In this document: in pieces, positions 52,096-64,000 of the stretch
Position numbering within the stretch: the first letter of the stretch is position 1
Layout: the number at the start of each line of letters is the position of its first letter
From: Octopus bimaculoides
Lineage: Eukaryota
Direction of reading: 5' to 3'
NCBI RefSeq assembly: GCF_001194135.2
Contig: NC_068989.1
Coordinates: 70,638,191-70,702,190, forward strand
Length of the DNA stretch: 64,000 nucleotides
Notes under the pieces: generated by a model
The model's database searches: none
What the model saw: the letters and a program-made list of their open reading frames with translations, nothing else
What the model was told of the DNA's origin: nothing
Program-made: the position numbers and the translations under genes

Positions 52096-54297
52096 TGAAA
52101 AAAAAAAAAAAGGATTTTGTCTTAATCTAAACATCAATTCAACTCCAAGTTTTTCAAGAGGAATTGTGAAGAATTCATTTCAAATTTAGGCAGAAGAGCA
52201 AAAATGCTCCAAATATCATGGTGGAAGAGGTAGCTAGCATTTATTAGTTTAAGAGCCACTGTTCTAAGGCTTGAAGTCCAACACTTCACTATTGTTTTCT
52301 TATTCATTTGAATAGTGAGTTCTTCTTATGTAGTGGTAGCTATATAATAAGGATGGAATCTTTTAGATAATAATGGTTTCAAATTTTGGTACATGCCCAG
52401 CAAATTCAGGGGAAGGTTAAGTCGATTACATCAACCCTAGTATGCTACTGGTACTTATTTGATCAACCCCAAAAGGACGAAAGACAAAGTTGACCTCAGC
52501 AGAATTTGAAGATAAAGACAGACGAAATGCTACTAAGCATTTTAAAACCTGGTGTGCTAATGATTCTGCCAGCTCACTGTCTTTCTTTTAGATAATAATA
52601 ACCACTGATAATATTAAACAAAGGATTTATCAATATCTTAAGCTTGTTCAGGAGCAATGGCTTTTGATAGTAATAACTGTTTGATAACACTATGCAAATT
52701 TTTATTGGTAGCTCCTCCTTGATGATAATCATCATCATTTTCACAAACTTTTCTATGCTTGCATGGGTCAGACAGAATTCATTAAGGTAGGTTTTTTACA
52801 ACCGGATGCCCTTCCTGTCACCAACCCACACTCCTTTCCAAGCAAGGTAATGTGTCTTTTTGATCAGACATGTTTTCATGCAAGATTGGAAATGAAGGAC
52901 AGCACATATGATGGTCACATTCATTTACACCCATCATGCAATGTCAAGATGAGGAGGCAAACACACACACACACACACACGCACGCACACAAAATAGGCA
53001 TTTTTCAGTTTCCATTAAGCCACATAGTGGGACTGAATCTGAAACCATGCAGTTGGGAAGCAAACTTTTTAACCACACAGCTATGCCTGCAACTAGCCAT
53101 GCTTGCACCTACATATGTGGATGCGTGTGTGTGTGTTCGTCTCTTCTGCTCACTGCTTGATGATAGTTGTACGTGATTATGATCCCCATAACTTAGTGGT
53201 TCAGCAAAAAGAGAAATGACAAAAGAGTAAGTACTGGAAACAATTTGTTTGACTAAACCCTTCAAGGTAGTGCTTCAACATGATTGCAATCTAACGCCTG
53301 TAAAGATGCCAGAGCAAAAAAGAAGAAAGTAAGAGTAAAAAAGAATACACCAACACAAATATATACCCCCACACAAAAACAAAACAAATACGACTGAACA
53401 GAAGTTGCGTTGCACCAGGAATATGAGAAAATAGAGGAACCAGATCTCATAAGGAGGCTACTGTTAAAAAGGAGAATGTAATCAATCAACTTGGCTTATT
53501 TTTATCTTTTATTTTTATTGTCAATTTTTTTTTGTGTGTTATCTGACCAGCTATTGGAACAGTGGTCATTGATCTGTTTGCTATCTTATACACCGACAAG
53601 GATGAAGAAAGACTAAAGAAAAGATGGTCGCAGTTTGTATATTGTTCTAGATATAGTATGTTCTACATTCTAGCTATTGTCTGACATAGCTAATATCAAA
53701 CATCAAACAAACAATCATATGTGGTTGCTTCTCTTCCAGACATATATTCTAGACATATTTGAACATGATATTAATGGCTACTGAACTAGCAATTTCACTA
53801 TGGTGAACAGTTGGTTTTCTGGGGGGGGGAGAAAGGAGGGAAAAAAAAATAATGCATGCATGCATGCACGTGCGCACGCGCACACACACACACAGAGCAG
53901 TTTTCTATTTTAGGTATATTTATAGGCTTTAACAAAATAAAATATACAAGAATCCTTTTGTGTACCCACACACAGAGAATAACAGTGCTTAGGGTGTGCT
54001 GGTTTGATTCTTAAACCAGGTGGAGCATTGATTTCTTGGGCAAGACACTTCAGGGCCTGATTGAATGATATTGTTTCTGTCACAAAAGGAAATTGGAGTA
54101 AAATATATGCAATATCTCTGGATGTGACTATTTACAATAAACACAATTGAAAGAAATAAGAGGCTAATACTGACCTAGGCTAGAACAGTTTTTCATCTTT
54201 GGCCCTTATTTAATAATCAGACTTTGTAAGTTCTCATGGAAGAACCAAATGGTCAGTTAATAACCTCTAAGTTCCTTCAATAGTATTTGTTGTAAAT

Positions 54298-54386
54298 CTG
54301 TGGTTATTAACCATTTTTTGCCTATAGACCCCTTTGATTCCTATTTTATTCTACTGGACCTCCATAGCCATTTGATGTATGTAAAA
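54298..54386. mobile_element. Truncated inverted copy of the right end of the 57305-57661 hAT MITE
   Basis: ctgtggttattaaccattttttgcctatagacccctttgattcctattttatt aligns to the reverse complement of the 57575-57661 end (cagggattctcaaccattttttatccatggacccctttgattactattttatt). Confidence 0.75.
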
Positions 54387-55761
54387 AAAAAAAAATTTTT
54401 TTAAAATGAGATAATGCATGATAAATTCAAAGCAATGTGAATAAATAAGAATTATATTTGACAGAATAATCCGAATGCTACAAGGGTTAATGCAGTCTAT
54501 GGTTTTCTAAACAACACTCCCAATTTTGGTTGGATGTACTAATTCATATATGCATACATACAAGTGCAATGAGCTTTTCTCAGTTTCTGTCTACCAAATC
54601 CTCTCACAGAGCTTTGGGTGGCCTGGACTATAGCAGAAAACGTCTTCTTAAGGTGTCATGCAGCGGGACTGCACTTCTTAAGCAAACCATACTCACTTAC
54701 TGGTGACAGCTGGAGATAGAATCACAGGTGGTGTATTGTGCTGTTGTATTTGCACAGGGTTTGTTGGTTTTAACATAAAAAAAGGAAAGTGGAATGGTGT
54801 AAAGGAAACGCTAGTTGGAACTATTGAGATCTAATTTACCAGAAACATAAATATTCTTAGAAAAGAAAAAAGAAAAGAAAACAAAAGAAATGCAAATAAC
54901 CCAACGAGTGACACTTCCAGATTTGCAATTCTTTGTAATAGGTGCAGATGTGGTTGTATGGTTAAGAAGCTTGCTTCTGAACCATGTGTTCTAAGGTTCA
55001 GTCCCAGAGTATGGTACACTGGACACGTGTATTCTACTATACCTTGAAACTGACCAAAGTCTTGCAAATGCATTTGGTAGACAGAAACTGAAAGAAGCTA
55101 GTTGTATATCTTTTATCTTTTGTTTTAGTCATTAGATTGAGGCCATGCTGGGGCACCACCTTGAAGAATTTTAGTCAAATGAATTGATCTCAGCACTTTT
55201 TCTTTAAAGCCTGGTACTTATTCTATCGGTCTCTTTTGCCAGGGAACGTAAACACACCAACACAAGCTGTCAAGCAATACTAGGGGAACAAACACAAGCG
55301 CGCACACACACACACACACAACAGGCTTTTTTCAGTTTTCACTTACCAAATCCACTCATAAGGCCTGAAGCTATAGTAGAAGACACTTGCCCAAGGAGCT
55401 GCAAAAGGACTGAACCTGGAACCTGGTTGGGAGGCATACTTCTTACCAGAGAGCCTACAGCTATGCCTGTGCTTATGGGTGTGTGTATAAATATGTAGAT
55501 ATGTATGTGTGTATATATATATATATATACATACGTGTGTGTGTGTGTGTGTAAAACTGCTCTAGCTTTATGAAGAAGCTGATTGACGCTATGTATCAAC
55601 AATGTATTGTATGTAAGACTATAAACCTTGAATATACAAGTATGAGATCAAACAAACATGCAGGCATTAAGAGAATAAGACTAGGAAACCTGTACATGGG
55701 ATGTTAGCACCAAAAGAGAAAAAAAAATCTAGACTGCTACTATAAGCCACTATACACAAAG

Positions 55762-55816
<55 letters not shown>

Positions 55817-55971
55817 CATTTATGTGTCTCTCTCTCACACACACACACATATACATACATGCACTTCATTAGAATCTAAAAAGAGTGGGAGTCCAAGTGA
55901 GACTAGACGACAGCAGACAGTATCAATAACATATCCGGCATACTGAATCTGCAGGTTCCATCTCCGGACAT

Positions 55972-56026
<55 letters not shown>

Positions 56027-56675
56027 GGAGGTGATCAGCTAGCTCCGTGCCAGGAGCCTGAATCAGCAGAAGTGACTAGAGAAAGTAACAACAACAACAG
56101 CAGCAAATATGCAGACTGTGTCGCAATACTCCATTGATTTCTGTTGTTGTTGTTGTGGGTTTTTACAGATAAATCAGAAAGTGTTTTGTATGAAATATTT
56201 TCCACTTCCTACTGGAAGAAGAAAATGAGGGAAAAATAGATAAATAAAACTAAAATTATATTAATAAATATGATGAATACACAAGAGAATATGGACGGAA
56301 GAGCTGTCTTGTATATTGGATTTTTATACTGGTGATAAAACAGATAACAATGTTGGAGTTTGTTATGAAAGGGTATAAAAACAGTCATATTTCCCTCCTG
56401 TTTCTAAGTGTGTGCCAAACGACAAAGTGAAGGGAAGTGAGAGTGAGAAAATGGTGGGAAAATATCAAGGGGAAGCCTTATGCAACACCATTGTTTCCTA
56501 TCCTACTGACCACCACCATCTTCAATGAAAAACACCAAATTGGCTCTTCTTAAGTCTTCTTTAGTGGCAGTTAACCATTCTTTTTAAACTAATTTTCTAT
56601 TGAAATGCACTGCATTTGTTTCAATGAATTTCAAAAATTAGGAAGAATTTAGGGATAATAACCAGTTGGTTACAC

Positions 56676-56750
56676 TTGGAAATCTGGCCAGAAAGTCTAA
56701 TTATGGTTACTTCTGATAGGAGCTTATGGAGGAGGTGCCTGAGGAATTAA
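56676..56750 (+). mobile_element. RTE-type LINE fragment nested inside a TTAA MITE
   Basis: LEIWPESLIMVTSDRSLWRRCLRN is homologous to the 19070 and 25500 fragments and interrupts MITE 56575-56884. Confidence 0.6.
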
Positions 56751-57164
56751 GTAAACTAATTTTGCTATTAGAACATCAATTAACATGAAATTTTGATGGA
56801 AGGATTTAATTTAAATCCCCTTAAAACAGGAAATTTATATCAGAGGGCCATGAGCAGTCCCAGCTCAGTTTGGTATTGAAAGGGTTAAAGGCAGGTCAAG
56901 TTGAACTCAACCAAATTTAGTTGGTTAGTTTCATCAGACATCAATTAATGTCAGTTTGGATGCAGATACCAACATCTAATTTCAAATTTGAAAATATCTA
57001 CAATTAGTAAATCCATCCTGCACACTGGACAGCAGTTTTGCCGTAGTCTTGATTAGTTATATATTTTTGTTTTCACAAGTGTCTACTGACAGCCTTCACT
57101 TTCCAGCTGTAAAGTTCAACACCACATGTCTTGAATTCCTAGTATTCACTAAAATGAATTTTAG

Positions 57165-57182
57165 TGCCACCAGGTGGTGCTA
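57165..57182 (+). promoter_or_regulatory. Candidate CTCF-binding motif
   Basis: TGCCACCAGGTGGTGCTA versus the consensus GGCCACCAGGGGGCGCTA. It lies in non-repeat sequence. This is a motif match only. Confidence 0.35.
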
Positions 57183-57304
57183 GCACTGAATGTAAAACCA
57201 TCACACTAAATTTAAGGAGCTGAAAATTGTAGTTACAAAAAATGACACAAACCTTATAATTATGATCAATGTTATAACACACAAGACCTATCATTCATTT
57301 AGAT

Positions 57305-57661
57305 CAGTGGTTCTCAACTGGGGTCCAGATGCCCTCCCCCCTCCCAAGGTCCATATAAGATTTTTGAGGGTCCACGCAACAAAATAGTAAATTGAGGATC
57401 CACAACAATATTTTTTAAGAACTCGGGAAAAGATTTTGCATTATATGTATGTAGTGGTATGTATTGCAAGAAACAGCTAGATTTCTTTCTCTAACATTTT
57501 ACACAGTTCAGCCTACATAAGTTAATGTCTGAATAACAAAATAGGAATTTTAAAAGAAGTTTCTATAAGACTAGTTTTTAAACATGGAATAGCTATGGCA
57601 GCCACCAAAATAAAATAGTAATCAAAGGGGTCCATGGATAAAAAATGGTTGAGAATCCCTG
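57305..57661. mobile_element. Non-autonomous hAT (Charlie-like) MITE, 357 bp
   Basis: TIRs CAGTGGTTCTCAAC / GTTGAGAATCCCTG match at 12/14. A perfect 8-bp TSD ATTTAGAT lies at 57297-57304 and 57662-57669. CAGTGGTTCTCAA termini with 8-bp TSDs are typical of Charlie-group hAT elements. Confidence 0.9.
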
Positions 57662-58927
57662 ATTTAGATGTTAAAAAATTTTTGGGGAGAGAGAAATTTT
57701 AGATCAAAATTATTAATTCATCAAGAAATATTAAAGAGAAAGAGAAAGTAAATGGACAAAAATGCAATTGTGCAAATAGGTAATTTTTTTAAGCTCCCAA
57801 GATCCATATAACTCTCGAACTCAACAAGATTGAGCTAATACTACTGTTGCTACATGACACCACTGTCTTCTAGAGTTAGCAGCCTAATCTCTCTCAAATC
57901 ACATCCATCTTAAAAATGGACATATTAGATCCTTGGGTAACTTTAGCAGGGTTTATCCTTTTGCAAGCATTAGGGACCAGCTCTCTGATTTGAGAATAAT
58001 CCCCCTCTATAGCACTGGACTCAGAGGTTTTGGGAATAGGGCATTGCTCTCTTCCTCTTAAGCAGTAAAGAAAAGGAAAAAAAAAAAGAGAGAAAAAACT
58101 CTTCAAAAATTGCAGCCTTGTACAAATGTTATCAATCAATATTATACTAAGTTATCATATACATCAGTATTGTATTGAGGAAGAGAGGGATAGAGTGTAG
58201 CAGGAATATATATATTATGTATACATTATACACAGACACACACACACATATATATATGTATATATATATANNNNNNNNNNNNNNNNNNNNNNNNNNNNNN
58301 NNNNNNNNNNNNNNNNNNNNNNNNNNNNNNNNNNNNNNNNNNNNNNNNNNNNNNNNNNNNNNNNNNNNNNNNNNNNNNNNNNNNNNNNNNNNNNNNNNNN
58401 NNNNNNNNNNNAGGGCAAGAAGAAGAAGGAATTTGAGAAATAGTATAAGAGAAAAGAAAACAAGTCAATAGGAAGAGACAGATATTGAAAAGAGAGAATA
58501 AGCTAAGAGAAAGAAAGGAAAAAGCAAGAGGAGGAAATACATGGAAAGACTAACAATTAAAAATAGTAACAGATTGTAGTGGATGGAACCAAGGTGTTTT
58601 AGCTAATATAAATCCCAAAGTGAAACAAGTCACTACACAGTTGCTAGACCTGCATGGTTAAGAAGTTCACTTCCCAACTATATGGTTTCAGGTTCAATCC
58701 CACTTACAGCACCTTGAGGAAAGTTACCTTTATTATAGCCTCAGGTCACCAAAGACCATTGTGTGTGCACAAACACACACACACAAGACTACCAGATGTG
58801 GTTATAAACTGCAGGCCAAAATGTATGTCCTTGCATTTTCGTAGCCTTCAAATGATGGCACCCTGCTAGCTAGACAGGAAGGCCAACATACCTTCTGAAC
58901 AGGACACAAGTCCGTCTCATTTACAGC

Positions 58928-59153
58928 TGATCCCTAAAAGAATGAGTGATAGAGACAAGATATCAAGAGAGAGATCTTGAGTGAGAGCTTTAAGAGTTTT
59001 CTTTCTTTTGTGAAATGCAAACAAATGCTTTGTCAGAGTAATCCATTGCAGCTTAAGTAATTGGAGAATGGTGACGACTGGTGAGGGGTAGGGAAGAAGT
59101 GTGGAGGGATTTGATTTCTATAATGTTGATCCCTAAAAGAATGAGTGATAGAG
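58928..59153. repeat. 27-bp perfect direct repeat
   Basis: tgatccctaaaagaatgagtgatagag occurs at 58928-58954 and 59127-59153. Confidence 0.9.
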
Positions 59154-60203
59154 GCAGGCAGGGCTACAAAGCATATGAAAGGAAATCCAGCAACCCTGCT
59201 GTCCAAATGTGTATGTGTGAGTGAGAAAGAGAGATATAAGTTGTTGTTTAGCCCCGAGTTGCTCAGCTTGAACAAACCACAGATTAGGACATTCCAGGTG
59301 AGACCACCTTGTCTTTTGTTTTCCAATGTAACTAAGACTATATTATCTAAAGTAGACATTCCATTTTTTTTTTTAAGGCATGGCTTTATGGTTAAAAACT
59401 TTGCCTCCTGACCATGTGGTTTCAGGTTCAGTCCCACTGTGTGACACCTAAGGTAAATGTCTTCTACTATAGCCCAAGGCCAACCAAAGCCTTGTTAGGG
59501 GATTTGGGAAATGGAAACTGAAAGAAGCCTGTCAAATATGTATGGATATCTACAAGAGTGTGTGCGTATCCTTCTCTTGACATTGTGTGATAGATGTGCC
59601 ATACAGCAATGTTAGTTATTTCCAATATTCTGCAAGAACTTGTCTGGCTATGAAGAAATATTGGTTTCAAATTTTGGCACAAGGCCAGCAATTTTGGGAG
59701 AGGAGGTAATTTGATTACATCAACCCCAGTGTTCAACTGGTAATTATTTTTTATTGACCCCGAAAGGATAAAAGGCAAAGTTGACCTTGACAGAATTCGA
59801 ACTCAGAACATAATAAAGACAGGTGAAAAGCTGCTAAGCATTTTACCCAGCATGCTAACAATTCTGCCAGTATGCCACCTTTGACTAGGAATAAATATTA
59901 CATTGCTTAGAAAGAGGTGATGGTTAGCATCAGGAAAGGCATCTGGTCATAGAAAATCTACCTCGATAAACACTGACCAATACATGCAAGCATGGAAAAC
60001 TGACCATTAAAATGATGATGAAAATTCTAAAAGCTGTGTGCCATTAGGCAACATATTTTAATCTATGTGATCTTAAGTTTGGATAACCCCACTCACAATG
60101 AAAAGAATTTTTTTTGATATGCAAGATTTTCAATTGGAAACCATTTAACCAAACTTTAGAACTGGGGGGGGGGGGATAATACAAATGATGTTGCAAATAA
60201 AAA

Positions 60204-60501
60204 GGGTAAAGACCCCCTACCCCGCCCTTCAGTCATGAATGACCATAGGATTGCACCTAGAAAGTTCCCCTCCAAGACACAAGTCTTCCTTCTCCACACC
60301 ATCAATGTTATCCAAGGGAAAGGCAAAGGCCAATACAGCATGGCACCAGGGACGTTGCAACTCATTTCTACAGCTGAGTGAACTGGAGCAATGTGAAATA
60401 GTGTCTTGCTCAAGAACACAACACACAACCTGGTCTGGGAATCAAACTCACTACCTCATGATTGTGATCCCAACGCTCTAACCACTGAGCCATGTGCCTT
60501 C
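60204..60501 (-). mobile_element. tRNA-derived SINE family D
   Basis: The minus-strand head gaaggcacatggctcagtggttagagcgttggg...gagtttgattccc has clear A/B boxes. Related copies lie at about 1690-1906 (-), 12828-13130 (+) and 43810-44080 (-). Confidence 0.8.
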
Positions 60502-60929
60502 AATGTTACAAATACAATTTGTTTAATTTGAAGTGAACCATTTTACATTAAAATTAATTACAGAGGAACAGAGATATTTATTTAATCTATATTTGAAATT
60601 AATTAACACAGGAAAACAAAAGAAACTAAGTAGTTAATTAAAAAAAGTTTTATTTGGTNNNNNNNNNNNNNNNNNNNNNNNNNNNNNNNNNNNNNNNNNN
60701 NNNNNNNNNNNNNNNNNNNNNNNNNNNNNNNNNNNNNNNNNNNNNNNNNNNNNNNNNNNNNNNNNNNNNNNNNNNNNNNNNNNNNNNNNNNNNNNNNNNN
60801 NNNNNNNNNNNNNNNNNNNNNNNNNNNNNNNNNNNNNNNNNNNNNNNNNNNNNNNNNNNNNNNNNNNNNNNNNNNNNNNNNNNNNNNNNNNNNNNNNNNN
60901 NTGTGTGTGTGTGTGTGTGTGTGTGTATA

Positions 60930-61145
60930 CAAGGGGGTGTTGAAAAGTTCCTGGCTTTGGGTAAAAGAAAATACAGGAGAATCAGTTACTTATGATTTCA
61001 TTCAACATCTTCCCCTCTCAGACTCACCCACTTATTGCAGTGGTCCTTCAGTTTTTCTAAGCCCTGTAAAAGAACTTGGAAGGTTTGGCCTCCAACCAGA
61101 CCTTTCGTGATACCTTTAAAGCCAAGAACTTTTACACACACCTCA
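60930..61145 (-). mobile_element. Second, oppositely oriented copy of the mariner-derived MITE
   Basis: It follows TA, begins caagggggtgttgaaaagttcctggcttt, and is collinear with 24187-24404 in reverse. The minus strand encodes GLEKLKDHCNKWVSLRGEDVE*. The far end is degraded. Confidence 0.8.
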
Positions 61146-64000
61146 TCACCAACATCTGTATGTCCTTCCCACCTGCTCCCATCCACTCTAATATAATTTG
61201 AGGTAACTATATATCTTTTCTATAGCAACATGCCTGTGTCTGTCCCAATATCATACTTTAGCCTCTCAACACCCCACATAAAGCCACCTTCCACTCTACT
61301 ACAGACTCACTCGAGGGAGCTTCTTTCTTCTTTGACTTTCGAGTTACTTGGCAACCTCACTAGTATAGGTGTCACTAAAAAAGCACCCAGTAAATTCTGT
61401 AAAGTGGTTGGAGCTCAATAAAGTTCTTCAGCTTGTTGGAGCCTATTAAACTGTCCAACCCATGCCAGCATGGAAAGATGTTAAATGATGATGATGATGA
61501 CTTGACTAATCCTTTTGATGCCAACCCACACAAGACTACCTTTGGTTCTCTCTTACACCTATGAGTTAACCAAATTTTAGATATTATTCTTATCACCATC
61601 TTCATCATCATCATCGTTTAACACCTGCTCTCCATGCTGGCATGGGTTGGATGGTTTGACATGCAGCTGGCTAGCCAGAAACTATCCAGACTCCAACTGT
61701 CTGCTCTGGCATGATTTCTACACCTGGATACCCTTTTTAATGCCAACCACTTATGTTAAGGGATTTTCTAAGCTTCTTTTGTTTTCCCCTTGGAAAACCT
61801 AATACTTTTGGTAATTTTGTAATTTTAGGGTTGTAGTAAAAATATACAATCACCTCATCGAAATTTTAAAGAAAAGAGATAATACCTGATTAATTAAAAA
61901 CAATGTGAATAAATAAGTGTTACATCTGTCAGAGTAATGCTAAAGAGTTAAAGAGATCTAAATTAATATTTTCCATTAAAATTTCATGTTTATTTTAATT
62001 TCAAACATTAGCTTAATAATGACAGAAATTATTTTACAATGTACATTTTTCATCACTTTCATAATTAATTGAAAGAATAAAAAAAAAGTACTGGTTAATC
62101 ACTTGACTGGGTAATGAGGGTAATCCTTTCTAATTCTGGCACAAGGCCAGCAATTTTGAGGGGAGGGGTAAGTTGACTACATCGACCCCAGTACTCAACT
62201 GGTACTTATTTTTATCAACCCAGAAAAGATAAAAGGCAAAGTTGACCTTGGTGGAATTTGAACTCAGAATGTAAAGAACTGGAAGAAATACTGTTATGCA
62301 TGTTGTTCAATCAACATCCTAATGATTTTGTCAGCTCACCACCTTTAACTTTTCAATGACAGGAAAGAATTTCATGAATGTGTGTGCCAAATGAGAAAAA
62401 ACCCCAAAATATCTTCATATTAAGCGTAATTTTTATATTTTCACTTTAAGTATAAAAACTACAATAATTGTTAGTCTCTCGTACAATAAAATTTACAATC
62501 TCATTTATTGGAAAGTGCCGGCATGAGCTTAAATTCATTTGTTGTTATCAAACAAATTTTAAAAATTGGTGCCCTCTTTCCATCCATCCAGAACTACTTA
62601 AGGCATCATTTCCTTCTGTGTTATCTAGAACATCATCATCATAGTTATCATCTACCTCATCTGATGATGAAGCAAGTCAGAATACACTTTATTGTGGTAT
62701 AAATCTTCCATTTGTAACAATTTGTCTTGTCAGTAAAGGCCACTTACATTTAAACACATTTGACAAAGTACATACCCAGGTATCAGTTGATGGCTATATC
62801 CATGTAAAATTTTTGAAACATCAATTGATGATGTTCACCATTTAAGTGTTGATGATGATAATAATAATAATAAAGATGAAATTTTTGCTTTCTTTAAATT
62901 TACAATTCTTTTTATAAAGTAAATAAACTAAAAATCTATTTCTCAACACCAGAAAAATATCAAATTCCAAATTAAATAAAATGTAAAATTTTTTCCCCAA
63001 AATTCTTGTACGATATCAAAATTTGCAACACTAGCCAAACCCCGATAAACAGATATGAAAATCACCACCAGCACCACCATCAATACTTGATTTAATGTTT
63101 GTTTTTACATGCCAGTGGTATGGATTTGATAGGGGTGCAGTACAACAACAAACAAACAAACAGTTCTTTATTCATCTTCATACTTTGACATTTTAGTTGC
63201 GGTTTTATTCTAGGTTTGATCCAACCCAAGTTCTCCCCACATTGTTTTTTTTTTCTTTTATGTTATTCTTGACTGCAGCAATTGATGCTTTTCCCCTCCT
63301 CATTCATTCCCCCCCTACTACCACCACCTGCATGTACCATTCATGCCATCATAGTCTCTCAATACTATTTTATGAATCAGATTAATGAAAGTGAATAAGT
63401 TATAAATGCCAGTATCTTGCTTCACATAAACATGCATGTGTGAAGTGAATGCCAGAGTAAGAGACAGGAAGGAAAACCAGGAAATGATGAACCAGTATCA
63501 TTATTATTATTATTATTAAGGCAGCAGGCTGACAGGACCATTATCGCATCAGACAAAATGCTTAGCGGTATTTCTTCTGGCTCTTTATATTCTGAATACA
63601 AATTCCACTGAGATTGATAATGCTTTTCATCCACTCAGGGTTGATAAAATAAGTACCAGTTGAGTACTGGAGACAATGTACTTACCTAGTTCCCTCCCAC
63701 AAAATTTCAGGCCTTGTGCACCTCAGTAGAAAGGATTGTTGTTGTTGTTGTTATTATTATCTTCTTTCAATTTTGTTTCCATTTCCTGCTGAGTGTCTTC
63801 CCTATACCTGGGGCAAACAAACTTACAATCTACATTGATAGGTCATTAAACTAAACACACCAGGTTGTTCATTTTCAAAATGAAATGAAGTTAAGTGAAC
63901 AAATATTATTGTTGTTGCTGTTATTATTATTAAGACAGCAAGCTGGCAAAATCATTATTGCATCAGATAAAAATGTTTAAGATGCTTAGTGGCATTTCTT

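Noticed and set aside
57894-58139. ORF with SESSAIEG resembling MTSS1 exon 1 (ECSALGGLF)
   Set aside because: The similarity is superficial. It lacks the LFQ.II.DMK motif and an appropriate donor.
1971-63634. The supplied six-frame ORFs as protein-coding genes
   Set aside because: They are short and derive from microsatellites (YIYI, THTH, ERER, VCVC), N-gaps or SINE/MITE sequence. Only 60998-61186 overlaps a recognisable (transposase) relic.

Overview
AT-rich eukaryotic (animal) genomic DNA from a draft assembly. It has about 13 N-gaps, nearly all abutting (AT)n/(GT)n/(GA)n microsatellites, and is saturated with SINEs, MITEs and LINE remnants. The repeat families and microsatellite load look like Octopus/cephalopod DNA (inference from recalled repeat families). 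None of the supplied six-frame ORFs is a credible protein. The one well-supported coding feature is missing from the ORF track: a 74-nt minus-strand exon at 38645-38718 encoding TTQIAISAFLDTFQKVADMATGSR, part of the IMD/I-BAR domain of an MTSS1/MIM-family protein. I found neither neighbouring exon, so the window is most likely one small exon between two very large introns (>25 kb and >38 kb). An intron-containing tRNA-Ile(UAU) gene lies at 42366-42478 (-). Mobile elements include several tRNA-derived SINE families, a hAT MITE with a perfect 8-bp TSD, two mariner-derived MITEs that keep the transposase C-terminus, TTAA piggyBac-like MITEs, RTE-type LINE remnants and a Penelope-type hammerhead ribozyme remnant. 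I found no convincing novel multi-gene system. The most interesting leads are a tRNA gene fused in-sense to a SINE 3' tail, a candidate basic cassette exon, the hammerhead fold-back, and inverted-SINE dsRNA hairpins.
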